33,898 nt of DNA. Origin: a virus. Lineage: Duplodnaviria > Caudoviricetes. The DNA lies in IMG/VR virus record IMGVR_UViG_3300025470_000054, positions 1 to 33,898 of that record; one strand, given 5' to 3'. Shown one piece after another: positions 8,101-16,119 of this stretch. A program made the translations under genes and the position numbers. The notes below the pieces were generated by a model. It was given only the letters and a program-made list of their open reading frames with translations, searched no databases and had not been told where the DNA came from. How positions within the stretch are numbered: position 1 is the first letter of the stretch; the number at the start of each line of letters is the position of its first letter.

Positions 8101-8976
8101 AGTAGAACGAGAGTATCCACCTCCTCCACCACCAGTACCCGAACCAACGTCATTACCTAAAGCACCTCCACCTCCACCTCCAGCTCCGTAAGTATCTACT
8201 ATTACAGATGTAACATTTTGTGGTGCAGTCCATGAATAAGTTCCAGCAGCAGTATATGATAGGAACTCTTGGTTACTACCTATTGTTTTGAATACGCTTG
8301 GTTTAACAAAAGTAAGAGTTTTTTGTATACGAGTTACTTCTGGTTGAGTTGAAGTGTATATACCAGCTTGAAGTTCTACTATAGCTATACCACCGCTGTT
8401 AGAGTTTCCGTAAGTATAAGTAACACCAAGAGATGATTGGGCAGTGGTAGTTGGTATGTAATCTAGTGTTGCAGGTCTAGAGCTAAAGGTAGCTGTGTTT
8501 ACATGGTTGTTAGTTGCTGAGTTAGACCATGTAGGAGTGAATGTGGTAGCACCAAAGTGAGATGAACCAGCAATAATAAGGTTACCGTATTTAGTAGTTG
8601 AAGTTAATGTTGCAGTACCAGAAGTGCTAGAAGATACAGCTGCAGTTTGTGATTGAACTACAGGCGAAGATGTAATGTTTATACCGTTCCATACAGATAT
8701 AACTGCTGAACCACCAGTAGATGAAGAAGATAAGTTAAAAGAAGTCTGACCAGCAGATGTTCCATAACCTATCATTACATAGACACCTGGAGCAGTTCCT
8801 GCGTTACTTACAGGGGTTACCCAAGTAGCACCTGCACCAGATGGAGTTAAGGTAACACCACTAGCCATTGAGGCAACAACTATAATAGTATCACCAGCAT
8901 TTGTGGTTACTGGTAATCCTGGAGAGTTGCTAGTTGAACTAACTGAAAAAGTGTTACTGCCTCTTAAGTTAATCAT
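5131..8976 (-). CDS. large S/T-rich modular fibre/adhesin protein (beta-sandwich, Gly-rich, CBM-like domains, 14-aa repeats)
   Basis: Gly-rich domain (TYSW...YGAGGGGG...VTPGTTYTIVVGAGG...GADGAVYL); CBM4/9-like domain (NLLYNGDFE...AYTGTQSAKI...FWVDTVSF); repeat blocks between domains. Confidence 0.8.
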   Translation of the reverse strand: MINLRGSNTFSVSSTSNSPGLPVTTNAGDTIIVVASMASGVTLTPSGAGATWVTPVSNAGTAPGVYVMIGYGTSAGQTSFNLSSSSTGGSAVISVWNGINITSSPVVQSQTAAVSSSTSGTATLTSTTKYGNLIIAGSSHFGATTFTPTWSNSATNNHVNTATFSSRPATLDYIPTTTAQSSLGVTYTYGNSNSGGIAIVELQAGIYTSTQPEVTRIQKTLTFVKPSVFKTIGSNQEFLSYTAAGTYSWTAPQNVTSVIVDTYGAGGGGGGALGNDVGSGTGGGGGGYSRSTVTVTPGTTYTIVVGAGGTGGANTGANGNNGGDSTFASTTVVAKGGSGGYGDVGGLTSGPLGGVLGTGTVRYIGGASNTTSTSTAGSAGGSAATSFSNGVGGLSGTVTNISASGNGNGAAGGTPTNGYNGQNGTFPGGAGSGGGAKITNPFISGTGGNGADGAVYLTFYQPTATTTSKARITNTFTTPQTSKARISKSFTSTQSSVARIQKTLTSTEPSKARIQNTLTSTQPSKARISKTFTSTQLSVARISKTFTTTQTSVANIAPNIRTTTQTSKARIAKFFNSNQTSVARIIEQETVNQTSKARIVKTSSTTQSSVSRVQINGTSNQPSTARISKSFTTIQSEVTRITKTQTSTQPSVSKIQINRSYYPNLLYNGDFEIGTTWAVAGWATTTGATVSIDNSVAYTGTQSAKIVVDGSNTNVGIRTAAGYVLSVPTTTSFLFNVYVKSDTAGQMQIQFMDGSTPVSGNYLQSDGVTWNSTASYFAINTSTTWQLIQIPFTTSSSGYLHISDFKRANPPSQAGRTFWVDTVSFNNLTTPGQPSVSRISKTQTATQTSISRIQKTFTAVQTAVSRIVELRTTTQPSKARIASRLTTIQTAVSRLQKTFTITQSAVTRIAKTFTATQSEITRIQKTFTSTQPSVANVQIVPTVAASGQSSLTTSGTTLTVTYPTYSANQTVVINISSTQPITVPTGWTLIGSRGSYLYAIYKIMNGSEGSTLSITLTTAGTARTTQYTINAGPTPYKVLTAGAVSANFTTLVIPPAITFSGSNNYLVFNALNMTNGTTISVTSYPSNMQGNQLSTASSSTVPGVASSSATVFGVSSFTPTAYSLSFIVSGVEMTYGLYFAYEASNQPSKARIKNTLTALQTAIARIVELRTTTQTSKGSIQNKQSITQTSIAKIAPIKGTVINVPVTQQSPIALPVTQQSPIALPVTDLRYISIPVTQQGTITLPTTVQTSVTTSVTQNPVLTIPVVASTPITISIIVSFP
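5150..5375 (-). repeat. ~7 C-terminal 10-aa repeats (PVTQQSPIAL-like)
   Basis: PVTQQSPIAL PVTQQSPIAL PVTDLRYISI PVTQQGTITL PTTVQTSVTT SVTQNPVLTI PVVASTPITI. Confidence 0.85.
5395..5550 (-). repeat. ~4 further 14-aa repeats
   Basis: NQPSKARI KNTLTALQTAIARI VELRTTTQTSKGSI QNKQSITQTSIAKI. Confidence 0.85.
6165..6490 (-). repeat. ~8 further 14-aa repeats
   Basis: QPSVSRI SKTQTATQTSISRI QKTFTAVQTAVSRI ... QPSVANV; boundaries approximate. Confidence 0.88.
7005..7590 (-). repeat. ~14 tandem 14-aa (42-nt) repeats, consensus xKTFTxTQxS(K/V)ARI
   Basis: Read from the translation; boundaries approximate. Confidence 0.9.
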
Positions 8977-9332
8977 TTAATTTCTTGAACTTTCTGTACA
9001 TTCATTTTTGTTTCTGGGTCTAGATACTCATAACCAAATACTATTTTTTGTAGCATAGGGTCTGATGTTTCACCTGTCGCAAAGTTTCGTTCTATTGCGT
9101 AAGTCTTAAATCTAATAGGTTTAGCGTTGTCAGGAACTGATGTCCAGTCTATGTCTAATTTCTGTTTTGGAACATGCAAAGACAAGCGTACCATAGGGCC
9201 ATGGTCGGCTTCTGGTAGCTTGTTTAAGATGTCATAAAAGGTGTTTCGCCCTTCTTCGTAGATAGACTTATCGTCTTGCTCTAGTTCACTAAGAACGAAA
9301 CCATCCTTATATTCTGCTTCTATGTGGGGCAT
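8973..9332 (-). CDS. hypothetical protein (possible fibre assembly chaperone)
   Basis: Soluble, charged composition unlike its S/T-rich neighbours; coupled to the fibre gene. Function is inferred from position only. Confidence 0.65.
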   Translation of the reverse strand: MPHIEAEYKDGFVLSELEQDDKSIYEEGRNTFYDILNKLPEADHGPMVRLSLHVPKQKLDIDWTSVPDNAKPIRFKTYAIERNFATGETSDPMLQKIVFGYEYLDPETKMNVQKVQEIK

Positions 9333-9366
9333 TGTATTGCTTTTCCCTGTCCGTTAGGACAATTAA

Positions 9367-9864
9367 TTAACTTTCAGTCCAAGTGTAAGTGATAGTTTCT
9401 GAAGTTGTATCTCCAGGAGCTGCACTTGTAGTTGTCTGTAGTTGAAGTCGTAATGGGTTTACATATACACCACCAGCTGTAGTGTAAGTAGATGTACCAG
9501 TACCGACACCTGTTGAACTTGAATTAAAGTTTGCAGTCATAGCTGAAGTTGTAACTGTTGAGTCACCGCTAGCTGTTGTTGCTGGAGTTGTGTAACTAGT
9601 CTTAACTCCACCTACTAATGTTAGACCTGTTCCAAGGCTTCCACCTGCTACGCTCATTGTGTATGAAGCTGAAGATAGTGTGTTATATGTACCTGCGTGT
9701 ACTGCTGATTGATACTTAGTGTAACTGTTGTTACCAGCTGTAATTGGGCTAGATGAATAGGCAGTTGTGCTGTCATCTATGTTTTTTAGGTTCATTTCAG
9801 TTCTAGAACCTGTGATTGTTGGGGTTGCTCCGTTATATTCGGACCATGATACTGTTGATGCCAT
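9367..9864 (-). CDS. S/T-rich all-beta virion protein (pilin/fibre-subunit-like)
   Basis: GGAGG RBS; 165 aa; C-terminus LRLQLQTTTSAAPGDTTSETITYTWTES resembles terminal strands of Ig-like pilus subunits. Confidence 0.65.
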   Translation of the reverse strand: MASTVSWSEYNGATPTITGSRTEMNLKNIDDSTTAYSSSPITAGNNSYTKYQSAVHAGTYNTLSSASYTMSVAGGSLGTGLTLVGGVKTSYTTPATTASGDSTVTTSAMTANFNSSSTGVGTGTSTYTTAGGVYVNPLRLQLQTTTSAAPGDTTSETITYTWTES

Positions 9865-10037
9865 TAGTTAGATCCTCCTGCTGGTTCTTTGTGCCAGCCT
9901 ATTACGTTACCATTTTCGTCTTTGTCAGCGACAATAGTTTCACCGCTTGCATCGACAAATCCTTCTGGATGTCCAGATAGAATTTCAACGGAAACTACAT
10001 CTTTGACAATTGTTGCATCGATAGGTTGATTATCCAT
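9864..10037 (-). CDS. hypothetical acidic protein, 57 aa (not in ORF track)
   Basis: AAGGAG RBS; MDNQPIDATIVKDVV...IGWHKEPAGGSN; TAATG overlap with the next gene. Confidence 0.8.
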   Translation of the reverse strand: MDNQPIDATIVKDVVSVEILSGHPEGFVDASGETIVADKDENGNVIGWHKEPAGGSN

Positions 10038-10047
10038 AATTTTCTCC

Positions 10048-10440
10048 TTAACTTACTCTTGTTGTTATGTCATCTATTACTGTAAAAGTATTTGCCTGTA
10101 GCGAAATGATATTACCTGACGAATCTTTAACTTGAACGTCGTAATAATAAGTACCTTGGCTTAAACCAGATGTATCGGTATTAGCGAGTACAATCTGAGC
10201 TTGGCTTGGGTATGTCCCACCACTAGGTGTAATAAATGAACTAACTTGTTTTTTAATTGCAGCAGAAGCGTCCGTACCATCACTTGCAGGAGTTGATGAA
10301 CTATTAAGAGTAAAGTAAACTGTTCCTCCCGTTAAGTTAAATGGTGTAACACCGTCTGACTGATATACAGGTATGTTTAAAATGTAGGTATTCCCACGTA
10401 TTGCATTTTGTATAGCTGGAGTTTGTGAACTTACTTTCAT
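10048..10440 (-). CDS. BppU N-terminal-like Ig-fold virion protein (fibre anchor)
   Basis: RGNT...PFNLTGGTVYFTL...DTSGL..GTYYYDVQV...FTV..DIT pattern. Confidence 0.7.
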   Translation of the reverse strand: MKVSSQTPAIQNAIRGNTYILNIPVYQSDGVTPFNLTGGTVYFTLNSSSTPASDGTDASAAIKKQVSSFITPSGGTYPSQAQIVLANTDTSGLSQGTYYYDVQVKDSSGNIISLQANTFTVIDDITTRVS

Positions 10441-10715
10441 TTTTTTACTCCTAAATGTTTATGTAATTTCTTTAAATGATTAATAGTATCTTGATGTTTT
10501 TCAGTTTGAATTCTTTGTCCAACCATAATTATTGGAAGTAATACTAACTGTAAAAAATATCCAGAAAAAGCACTAATGATTAAGACAAGTTTTACATTAT
10601 TAGTAAAGGCACCGACCATACCCATTATTCCTACAATAGCGAATAAATAGGCACAGTACATTGTTCCAACACCTTCTGTAATTTTGTCTGCTAACAAATC
10701 ATTAAACTTTTTCAT
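10437..10715 (-). CDS. DUF1003-like membrane protein
   Basis: LADKITEGVGTMYCAYLF...FLQLVLLPIIMVGQ signature; start moved to the ATGA-coupled MKKFND. Confidence 0.7.
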   Translation of the reverse strand: MKKFNDLLADKITEGVGTMYCAYLFAIVGIMGMVGAFTNNVKLVLIISAFSGYFLQLVLLPIIMVGQRIQTEKHQDTINHLKKLHKHLGVKK

Positions 10716-10942
10716 TTGCCACCTTTTAAAATAACGTCCCAAACGTAAATGAAAGCCGTAAAAACAGAGATAATTACACCAGCAATCCAACGAGCAGTGT
10801 TTTTAGTAATATAGTTTTGTCTAACATCGTACATCATAGATTTAAGCTCTTTGATATCTTGTTTAATTTCTTCTAAATTATCACTCATATTCTTTTGGTT
10901 TGCCTCCACTATAGCTAGTCTTTCAGTTTCACGTTGGGTCAT
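10712..10942 (-). CDS. coiled-coil plus C-terminal TM protein (XhlA/holin-like)
   Basis: ERLAIVE...LEEIKQDIKELK followed by WIAGVIISVFTAFIYVW; start at MTQRET. Confidence 0.65.
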   Translation of the reverse strand: MTQRETERLAIVEANQKNMSDNLEEIKQDIKELKSMMYDVRQNYITKNTARWIAGVIISVFTAFIYVWDVILKGGK

Positions 10943-10943
10943 G

Positions 10944-11123
10944 CTATTTTTTTCCTGCTCTTTTTTTACCTTGTGCTGAAAATGAAGCCATTTTTTTTGC
11001 TCCATACTTTTTTCTTCCAATGTATGCTGCAAGGGCAGGGGATTTGCCAGATGCTACCATCTTAGCGAATCGTCCACCACCACCCGGTTTCATACTTTTA
11101 CCTTTGAAAGATTTAGCTGGCAT
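10944..11123 (-). CDS. small Lys/Gly/Ala-rich basic protein, 59 aa
   Basis: MPAKSFKGK...KKRAGKK; 17 K/R and no D/E; starts right after the upstream stop. Confidence 0.75.
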   Translation of the reverse strand: MPAKSFKGKSMKPGGGGRFAKMVASGKSPALAAYIGRKKYGAKKMASFSAQGKKRAGKK

Positions 11124-11124
11124 A

Positions 11125-11712
11125 TTACTTACCTTTGCGTACAGAAGCCATGTAGCCACTGCCGTCTTTGTTGCTTTTTCCTGCTCGTGCCATTTGTGCT
11201 GATTTGCCAGTAAAGTTGCTTCCGCTTCCTATTTTGCTAGAACCACCACCACGCTTGCTAGAACCACCACGTACTGTTGGTGAAGTTCTATTAGCTTTGT
11301 TGCTACCTGCTGGGTTGCTTTTCATTGGATCGTTGTAGCTACCACCGTACATTTTTTGTACAGTTAATGAAGCACCAGTTCCTGCACCTGAGGGAGTTTT
11401 GAAACTTGAAATGCTTGATGTGCTACCATTTCGTGCCATTTTACCGTAGTTATTAAGGCTTGCGAAGGTTGGGCCACCGTATGGTCCACGGCTCTTAATT
11501 CCACGTGTGAAGGTATTAATATCGTTGTGTGTGCTTATTGCGGCCATACCGAAGTTATCGCCTGGCTTAAAGTCTTTACCTTTTTGTGCTGTTACTTTGT
11601 TTACTGATGATTGTCGTGCACCACCAGCCTTTTCTGCATTGTAAGAGTTTGGTAATGGAGCAATGTTCATTCCAATTTTTCCGCCACTTGCAAATTTATT
11701 TTGTGTACTCAT
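11125..11712 (-). CDS. Gly/Ser/Lys-rich low-complexity basic protein
   Basis: AGGAG RBS; 195 aa; very few acidic residues; probably disordered. Confidence 0.75.
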   Translation of the reverse strand: MSTQNKFASGGKIGMNIAPLPNSYNAEKAGGARQSSVNKVTAQKGKDFKPGDNFGMAAISTHNDINTFTRGIKSRGPYGGPTFASLNNYGKMARNGSTSSISSFKTPSGAGTGASLTVQKMYGGSYNDPMKSNPAGSNKANRTSPTVRGGSSKRGGGSSKIGSGSNFTGKSAQMARAGKSNKDGSGYMASVRKGK

Positions 11713-11721
11713 ATTATCTCC

Positions 11722-11913
11722 TTATTTTGTTCTTGTTGTTGCATATTTGGATTTCATAGCTTTCCTCACCCTCAAGAGTTCCGCTTTGTGATCTTCCATA
11801 TGCTGCTTGTTGTATTTAAGTGACTGCTTGAGCATTTTCTTTCCGGCCGCTATATGTCTTTTGCTCATAGCTTTGTCTGATTTTGTTGCTGGCTTAACGC
11901 CTCTTTTTGCCAT
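11722..11913 (-). CDS. small basic protein
   Basis: AAGGAG RBS; 63 aa, K/R-rich. Confidence 0.75.
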   Translation of the reverse strand: MAKRGVKPATKSDKAMSKRHIAAGKKMLKQSLKYNKQHMEDHKAELLRVRKAMKSKYATTRTK

Positions 11914-12033
11914 TTAATAACTCCTTAATTTTTTAGGTCGTTTATCTGTTTTCATTTTAATTTTTGGTGTAACTTTACCCATGACCTTTTTGGGTTTGGC
12001 TTTGTTTTCAAGTGTCAGTTTTTTGTAATCCAT
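11914..12033 (-). CDS. small Lys-rich protein, 39 aa (not in ORF track)
   Basis: AAAGGA RBS; MDYKKLTLENKAKPKKVMGKVTPKIKMKTDKRPKKLRSY; stop abuts the next ATG. Confidence 0.7.
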   Translation of the reverse strand: MDYKKLTLENKAKPKKVMGKVTPKIKMKTDKRPKKLRSY

Positions 12034-12046
12034 GTTTTTCCTTTCT

Positions 12047-12727
12047 TTAAAATGGTTCTATCATTAATGCTGAATTATTAGGTAAAGTGGTTACTTGTAA
12101 TAAAGATGAATATGAATTAAATCCTGAATATGGGTCTACGCCATCCATGTAACAGTTATAGGTAGTTCCGCCATTAAGTCCTGTAAACACTTTTGTACCT
12201 GAACTTGACCCTGTAGCTGCAGTTACATACGTTGCTCCATTATCTGTCGAAAACTTAATAGTTGAATCTGATTCATTAGTAGTACCGCTAAGTGTAAAAC
12301 CAGTTGCAGTTATTGCACTTGATGTAAAAGTTTGTGGTACTGCGTATCTTTGAATGTTATCTAACGCAAATGAAGTGTTACCGACATTCATTGTTCCTAA
12401 GTAACCGTCTACCATTGAACCTGAAATTGTAATTGATTGTGTACCGTCTGAATTGTGTCCTATAGTCCACGTATTTGAAGCGATTAAATATGTACCTGGG
12501 CCAGTTCCACGACTTTGACTACCATTGTTATAATTGTAAGTACTTCCGTTTACTGTGATACTTCCAGATTCGGTAGAAACTTTTGAAACACCATTACCTA
12601 ATACAAGTGAAAGATTAACAGTTACCGAACTGTTGTTAGATGGTCGGTTGGCTGTTGAACTCCAGTCTAATCGAATATATGATCCGTATAAACCAGTTCC
12701 ACTTCCTGCTACACCTCCAGAAGCCAT
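12047..12727 (-). CDS. minor virion protein, DUF859-like N-domain plus FN3-like domain
   Basis: LDWS...NNSSVTVNL...IGHNSDGTQSITISG...LDNIQR, then SSAITATGFTL...FTGLNGGTTY...VTTLP. Confidence 0.65.
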   Translation of the reverse strand: MASGGVAGSGTGLYGSYIRLDWSSTANRPSNNSSVTVNLSLVLGNGVSKVSTESGSITVNGSTYNYNNGSQSRGTGPGTYLIASNTWTIGHNSDGTQSITISGSMVDGYLGTMNVGNTSFALDNIQRYAVPQTFTSSAITATGFTLSGTTNESDSTIKFSTDNGATYVTAATGSSSGTKVFTGLNGGTTYNCYMDGVDPYSGFNSYSSLLQVTTLPNNSALMIEPF

Positions 12728-12730
12728 CTA

Positions 12731-13606
12731 TTAACCCTTTCCTACGCTAAGTACATCCCATTTTGAAGTTGCTGCATTGTACTTACATCCAATGTAGTGC
12801 GTGTTGCTAATTGTTGTAGCTGTTGGAAGTGTTACTTGAATAACATTGTAAATTGCGTTCCAGCTAAGTGTTTGTGATGTTCCATTATCTCTAATACGAA
12901 TAATAAGTGATTGACCATCGCTTGGTGTGCCTGTTGGGGCTGCAATTGTGGCACTAGTAGCTAATGCTGACACTATATACATAGTTGATGTAAGTGTAGG
13001 TGTAATAGTAGAACCAGATGTTGTTGATGATGGAGTTACTACTACAGAATTGTTAAAAGTAGTTGCACCATTAGCTGTCAAAGCACCAGTTAAAGTGGTA
13101 GCTCCAGTTACACCTAATGTTCCAGAAATTGTTGTGTTGCCAAGACTAGGAAGCGTAGCTGTTCCAGAAACTGTAAGTGTATCTGTAGATAATCCACCCG
13201 AGTTACTCATACCACCCGTGTTTGATAGTCCTACGTGATATCCAGCTTGTGTATGTTGCGTAAGGTAAGCTGTTTGAAAATCGTTCCATAAGTTAGCTGT
13301 AATCCACATTGTAACGTTTGCACCATTATTGTGTGATTGTGCTGTGGTACCGTCTTTACCACGTAACAAGCTACCAATACCAGTTGAACTTGTAACTACA
13401 CCTGTAACTACTTCTTTAAGTGAGTTTGTAGCTAATCCTGATATAGGATCAGTTGCATCAATAACTAAAGTAATAGCAGTACCCGTAGGTAATCCTGTAG
13501 TTGAAGATACAGCCATTGTTGTATCACTTGAAAGCATAGAGCTAGTCAATGCTGTTGCAAAGTTCGGTGCTGCGTTTCGTACTAAATCTGTGTTAGCTGC
13601 TGCCAT
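12731..13606 (-). CDS. tail fibre/spike-like protein
   Basis: N-terminal RGKDGTTAQSHNNGANV domain, T/G-rich beta shaft, C-terminal PTGTPSDGQSLIIRIRDNGT...WNAIY...KWDV domain. Confidence 0.72.
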   Translation of the reverse strand: MAAANTDLVRNAAPNFATALTSSMLSSDTTMAVSSTTGLPTGTAITLVIDATDPISGLATNSLKEVVTGVVTSSTGIGSLLRGKDGTTAQSHNNGANVTMWITANLWNDFQTAYLTQHTQAGYHVGLSNTGGMSNSGGLSTDTLTVSGTATLPSLGNTTISGTLGVTGATTLTGALTANGATTFNNSVVVTPSSTTSGSTITPTLTSTMYIVSALATSATIAAPTGTPSDGQSLIIRIRDNGTSQTLSWNAIYNVIQVTLPTATTISNTHYIGCKYNAATSKWDVLSVGKG

Positions 13607-13621
13607 ATTATTCTCCTAAAT

Positions 13622-13654
13622 AAAAAACAGGCACTCCGATTAGGGAGAACCTGT
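13622..13654 (-). terminator. intrinsic terminator-like hairpin in fibre-gene leader
   Basis: Minus strand ACAGG-TT-CTCC-CTAATC-GGAG-TG-CCTGT followed by a U run. Confidence 0.7.
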
Positions 13655-13680
13655 CACTCTCGACTGAGTTTTCGTTTGTT

Positions 13681-13689
13681 ATTATATCA
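13681..13689 (-). promoter_or_regulatory. extended -10 promoter (TGATATAAT)
   Basis: Intergenic; upstream TTTAAC-n4-TAAAAA is shared with the promoter at 17014-17022. Confidence 0.65.
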
Positions 13690-13711
13690 TTTTTAAGCGT
13701 TAAAGTACACA

Positions 13712-16111
13712 TTAGTTTAAAATCCAAGCTGTAGGATCTTGAGTTGGTATTAGAAAACCTTTAACTACAAGTTGGTTCATAGTATAGTCACCAGACAATG
13801 AATTAGTAGTTATTTCAGCTTCCCAGTTATTAAGCAGTTTAGTAATACGCACACGTTTTTTATCTGCTAATTGCGTTACTTGTAATGGAGCAGTTGTTAC
13901 AGCCGAAAAAGCTACAGCACTAAATGCAAAGCTAGAAAATCCTATGTTATCTGCCGAACTACCAGCGGTATAAGTATAAGAAGCTAATTGACTAAGTGGT
14001 GAGTTTTTAGTTGTACCCGAGAACGTTAAGTTTATTTGTCCTTGTGGTGATCCTAATTCCCAGTAAGCATATTGGATGTTAGCAAATTGAATGTGATCAG
14101 GTGATACGTGAACTAAACCTGTTTGCAAATGAGTTTGAAAAGGTAAACCGTTATCTCCATTAAAATTAGAGTTTATTTCAAGTAGATAATTACCAGCCGT
14201 AGGATTGCTTGGTACACCTAGTAAGTGAAGTACACCAGAGTTGTCGGTATATTTAATAAAATGATTTACACCAAAGTTAAACGCAGCCGGGTTCCAATTC
14301 TGTTTGGCCGTATCGTATACAAATATTTGGTTGTTAGTTGTACCGCCATAGGGTACCGACCAAAAGATTTTTTTGTCAAACTCTACTCCAGCTATAGCTT
14401 GATTAACACTATAAGTAATAGCTTTACAATCGGGTCGGATTACAAGACTTATCTCATTAGTTGCAAGCACGTTAAACAGCGTCTGTACGCTTCCGTTTGA
14501 ATAAAAGCCCGCAGGTCCAGGTGAGTAGTAATAAACGTTCTGTAGCGTCTGTACAACGCTCCTAGGGGCTGTTGTACCAAACGATTGCATAGCTTGGACA
14601 AGATTAGGTACTGTAACTGGTATATTAGCTATAAATTGCGTGGTTAATTGACAATGCCATACTGAACCATAGCCAGAAGCTTCTGACAACAAAATAGTAG
14701 TCATAGGCGTACCTTTGCCGTCCCTAAATTGTCCTACCCAGCGTGGTGTTTCAGTTGAGCCGTATTTAATGTCTACCCAACCACCACCAACAAAAGGTGA
14801 AAAACCTAATGAATAATTAAGTTGTGAACCAGCCCAATAAAGTCGGTTAGGGTTAGCAGGGTCACCAATAGCCCATAATCTATTGTCTGATAATCCTACC
14901 CAGCTAAACTTTGGTGCAGCCGTAGTATCTGATATAGGAGCAACAATAAAATTGTTTACATTATGATCGCCATAATCCGTATAACTAGTTGTACCAGTTA
15001 ATGTTCCACCAATTTGAGGAACAGTATCTAAGAAATATGGTACTCCACCAGAATTTTCAGCAAGATATATATTATAACCAATAACGTTAGGATCTGTTGA
15101 TACGTTCCATGTAAGGTTTATGAATGTTGAAGTAGAATAAGATGAAGTTGCTGTATTCCACCAATTAGAACGAGCAGGAATTGTGTAAGCAGTTGGAAAA
15201 GCTATTGCTACTGTTTCTCCAGTTTTAGTTACAGCAGATACATAATAATTAAGGGCATTTTGTGTAGTAGCTGTGTTATGTGTTGAAACACCACTACCAA
15301 ATCCTAAAGGTACACCACTTGGTGAATAATTAGTTGTTGCAGGAATTGTTGGTGCGGTTACTTGTGAAAAACCTACCCAGCTAAATGGAGAAGTAGTAAG
15401 ATCTACATATCCAAAATTGTCTACACCATTACTAATTAATACTTTGTTTTGAAATTGGAGCAAGTTAGTCCAAATTTGATTTCCAGATTTAACTAATGCA
15501 TATTGTGCGTGCGTTGCAGCTGTAGTTCCATTGTACCCACGGGTTACTGTAAGCGTAGTAGTTCCAGCACCAGCTGTAACATACATTTGTTCGTTGTCTA
15601 TAGTTAATCCGTAACCGTTAGATGATGGAAGTGATGCAGCAGTTGTAATTGAAATACTTGTAGCTGTTGTTGAAGATATAGCTGTTGCAAGCGTTGTAGT
15701 GTATTGGTTAGTTGATACAAAATGATTTGTACTTCCCGGAGTTGTAGTTGAGTTAGTTACAGTAGTCCATGATCCACCATCTTTTGAATATTTAAGAATA
15801 CCATTGTCTACTATCATTAAGTAATTAACAGCAGCACCAGTGGTTGTGTTAAACGTCGTACAGTCAGTTCCACCTGTTACTGGTCCAGTATAAGCAGCAC
15901 CATAATTCTTTGATCCCCAACGGGTAGTCCATACACCGTCTTGCGACATCATCATATTTTTAGCTTGAACTACAGAACCAAGTGGAAGTCGGTCTTCATT
16001 TACAAATGAAATAACACCCGGTCGCCAGCTAATAGGATTACCTTGACCACCAATAACTTGCTCATAACGTTTGATGTTACTTTGTTTAATTTTAGTTGTT
16101 TTACTGGGCAT
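13712..16111 (-). CDS. tail nozzle / head-closure protein (P22 gp10 / T7 gp12 type)
   Basis: 799 aa, beta-rich; N-terminal G...ED.LP.....AKNMM...G....RWG; NRLYWA; IFVYD...W; follows the adaptor gene; GGAGG RBS. Confidence 0.7.
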   Translation of the reverse strand: MPSKTTKIKQSNIKRYEQVIGGQGNPISWRPGVISFVNEDRLPLGSVVQAKNMMMSQDGVWTTRWGSKNYGAAYTGPVTGGTDCTTFNTTTGAAVNYLMIVDNGILKYSKDGGSWTTVTNSTTTPGSTNHFVSTNQYTTTLATAISSTTATSISITTAASLPSSNGYGLTIDNEQMYVTAGAGTTTLTVTRGYNGTTAATHAQYALVKSGNQIWTNLLQFQNKVLISNGVDNFGYVDLTTSPFSWVGFSQVTAPTIPATTNYSPSGVPLGFGSGVSTHNTATTQNALNYYVSAVTKTGETVAIAFPTAYTIPARSNWWNTATSSYSTSTFINLTWNVSTDPNVIGYNIYLAENSGGVPYFLDTVPQIGGTLTGTTSYTDYGDHNVNNFIVAPISDTTAAPKFSWVGLSDNRLWAIGDPANPNRLYWAGSQLNYSLGFSPFVGGGWVDIKYGSTETPRWVGQFRDGKGTPMTTILLSEASGYGSVWHCQLTTQFIANIPVTVPNLVQAMQSFGTTAPRSVVQTLQNVYYYSPGPAGFYSNGSVQTLFNVLATNEISLVIRPDCKAITYSVNQAIAGVEFDKKIFWSVPYGGTTNNQIFVYDTAKQNWNPAAFNFGVNHFIKYTDNSGVLHLLGVPSNPTAGNYLLEINSNFNGDNGLPFQTHLQTGLVHVSPDHIQFANIQYAYWELGSPQGQINLTFSGTTKNSPLSQLASYTYTAGSSADNIGFSSFAFSAVAFSAVTTAPLQVTQLADKKRVRITKLLNNWEAEITTNSLSGDYTMNQLVVKGFLIPTQDPTAWILN

Positions 16112-16119
16112 TTATCCTC

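Noticed and set aside
13610-13690. Leaders as known riboswitches (e.g. c-di-GMP-I, preQ1)
   Set aside because: Conserved aptamer nucleotides were not recognisable, and the region before the terminator is very short; an Rfam scan would settle it.
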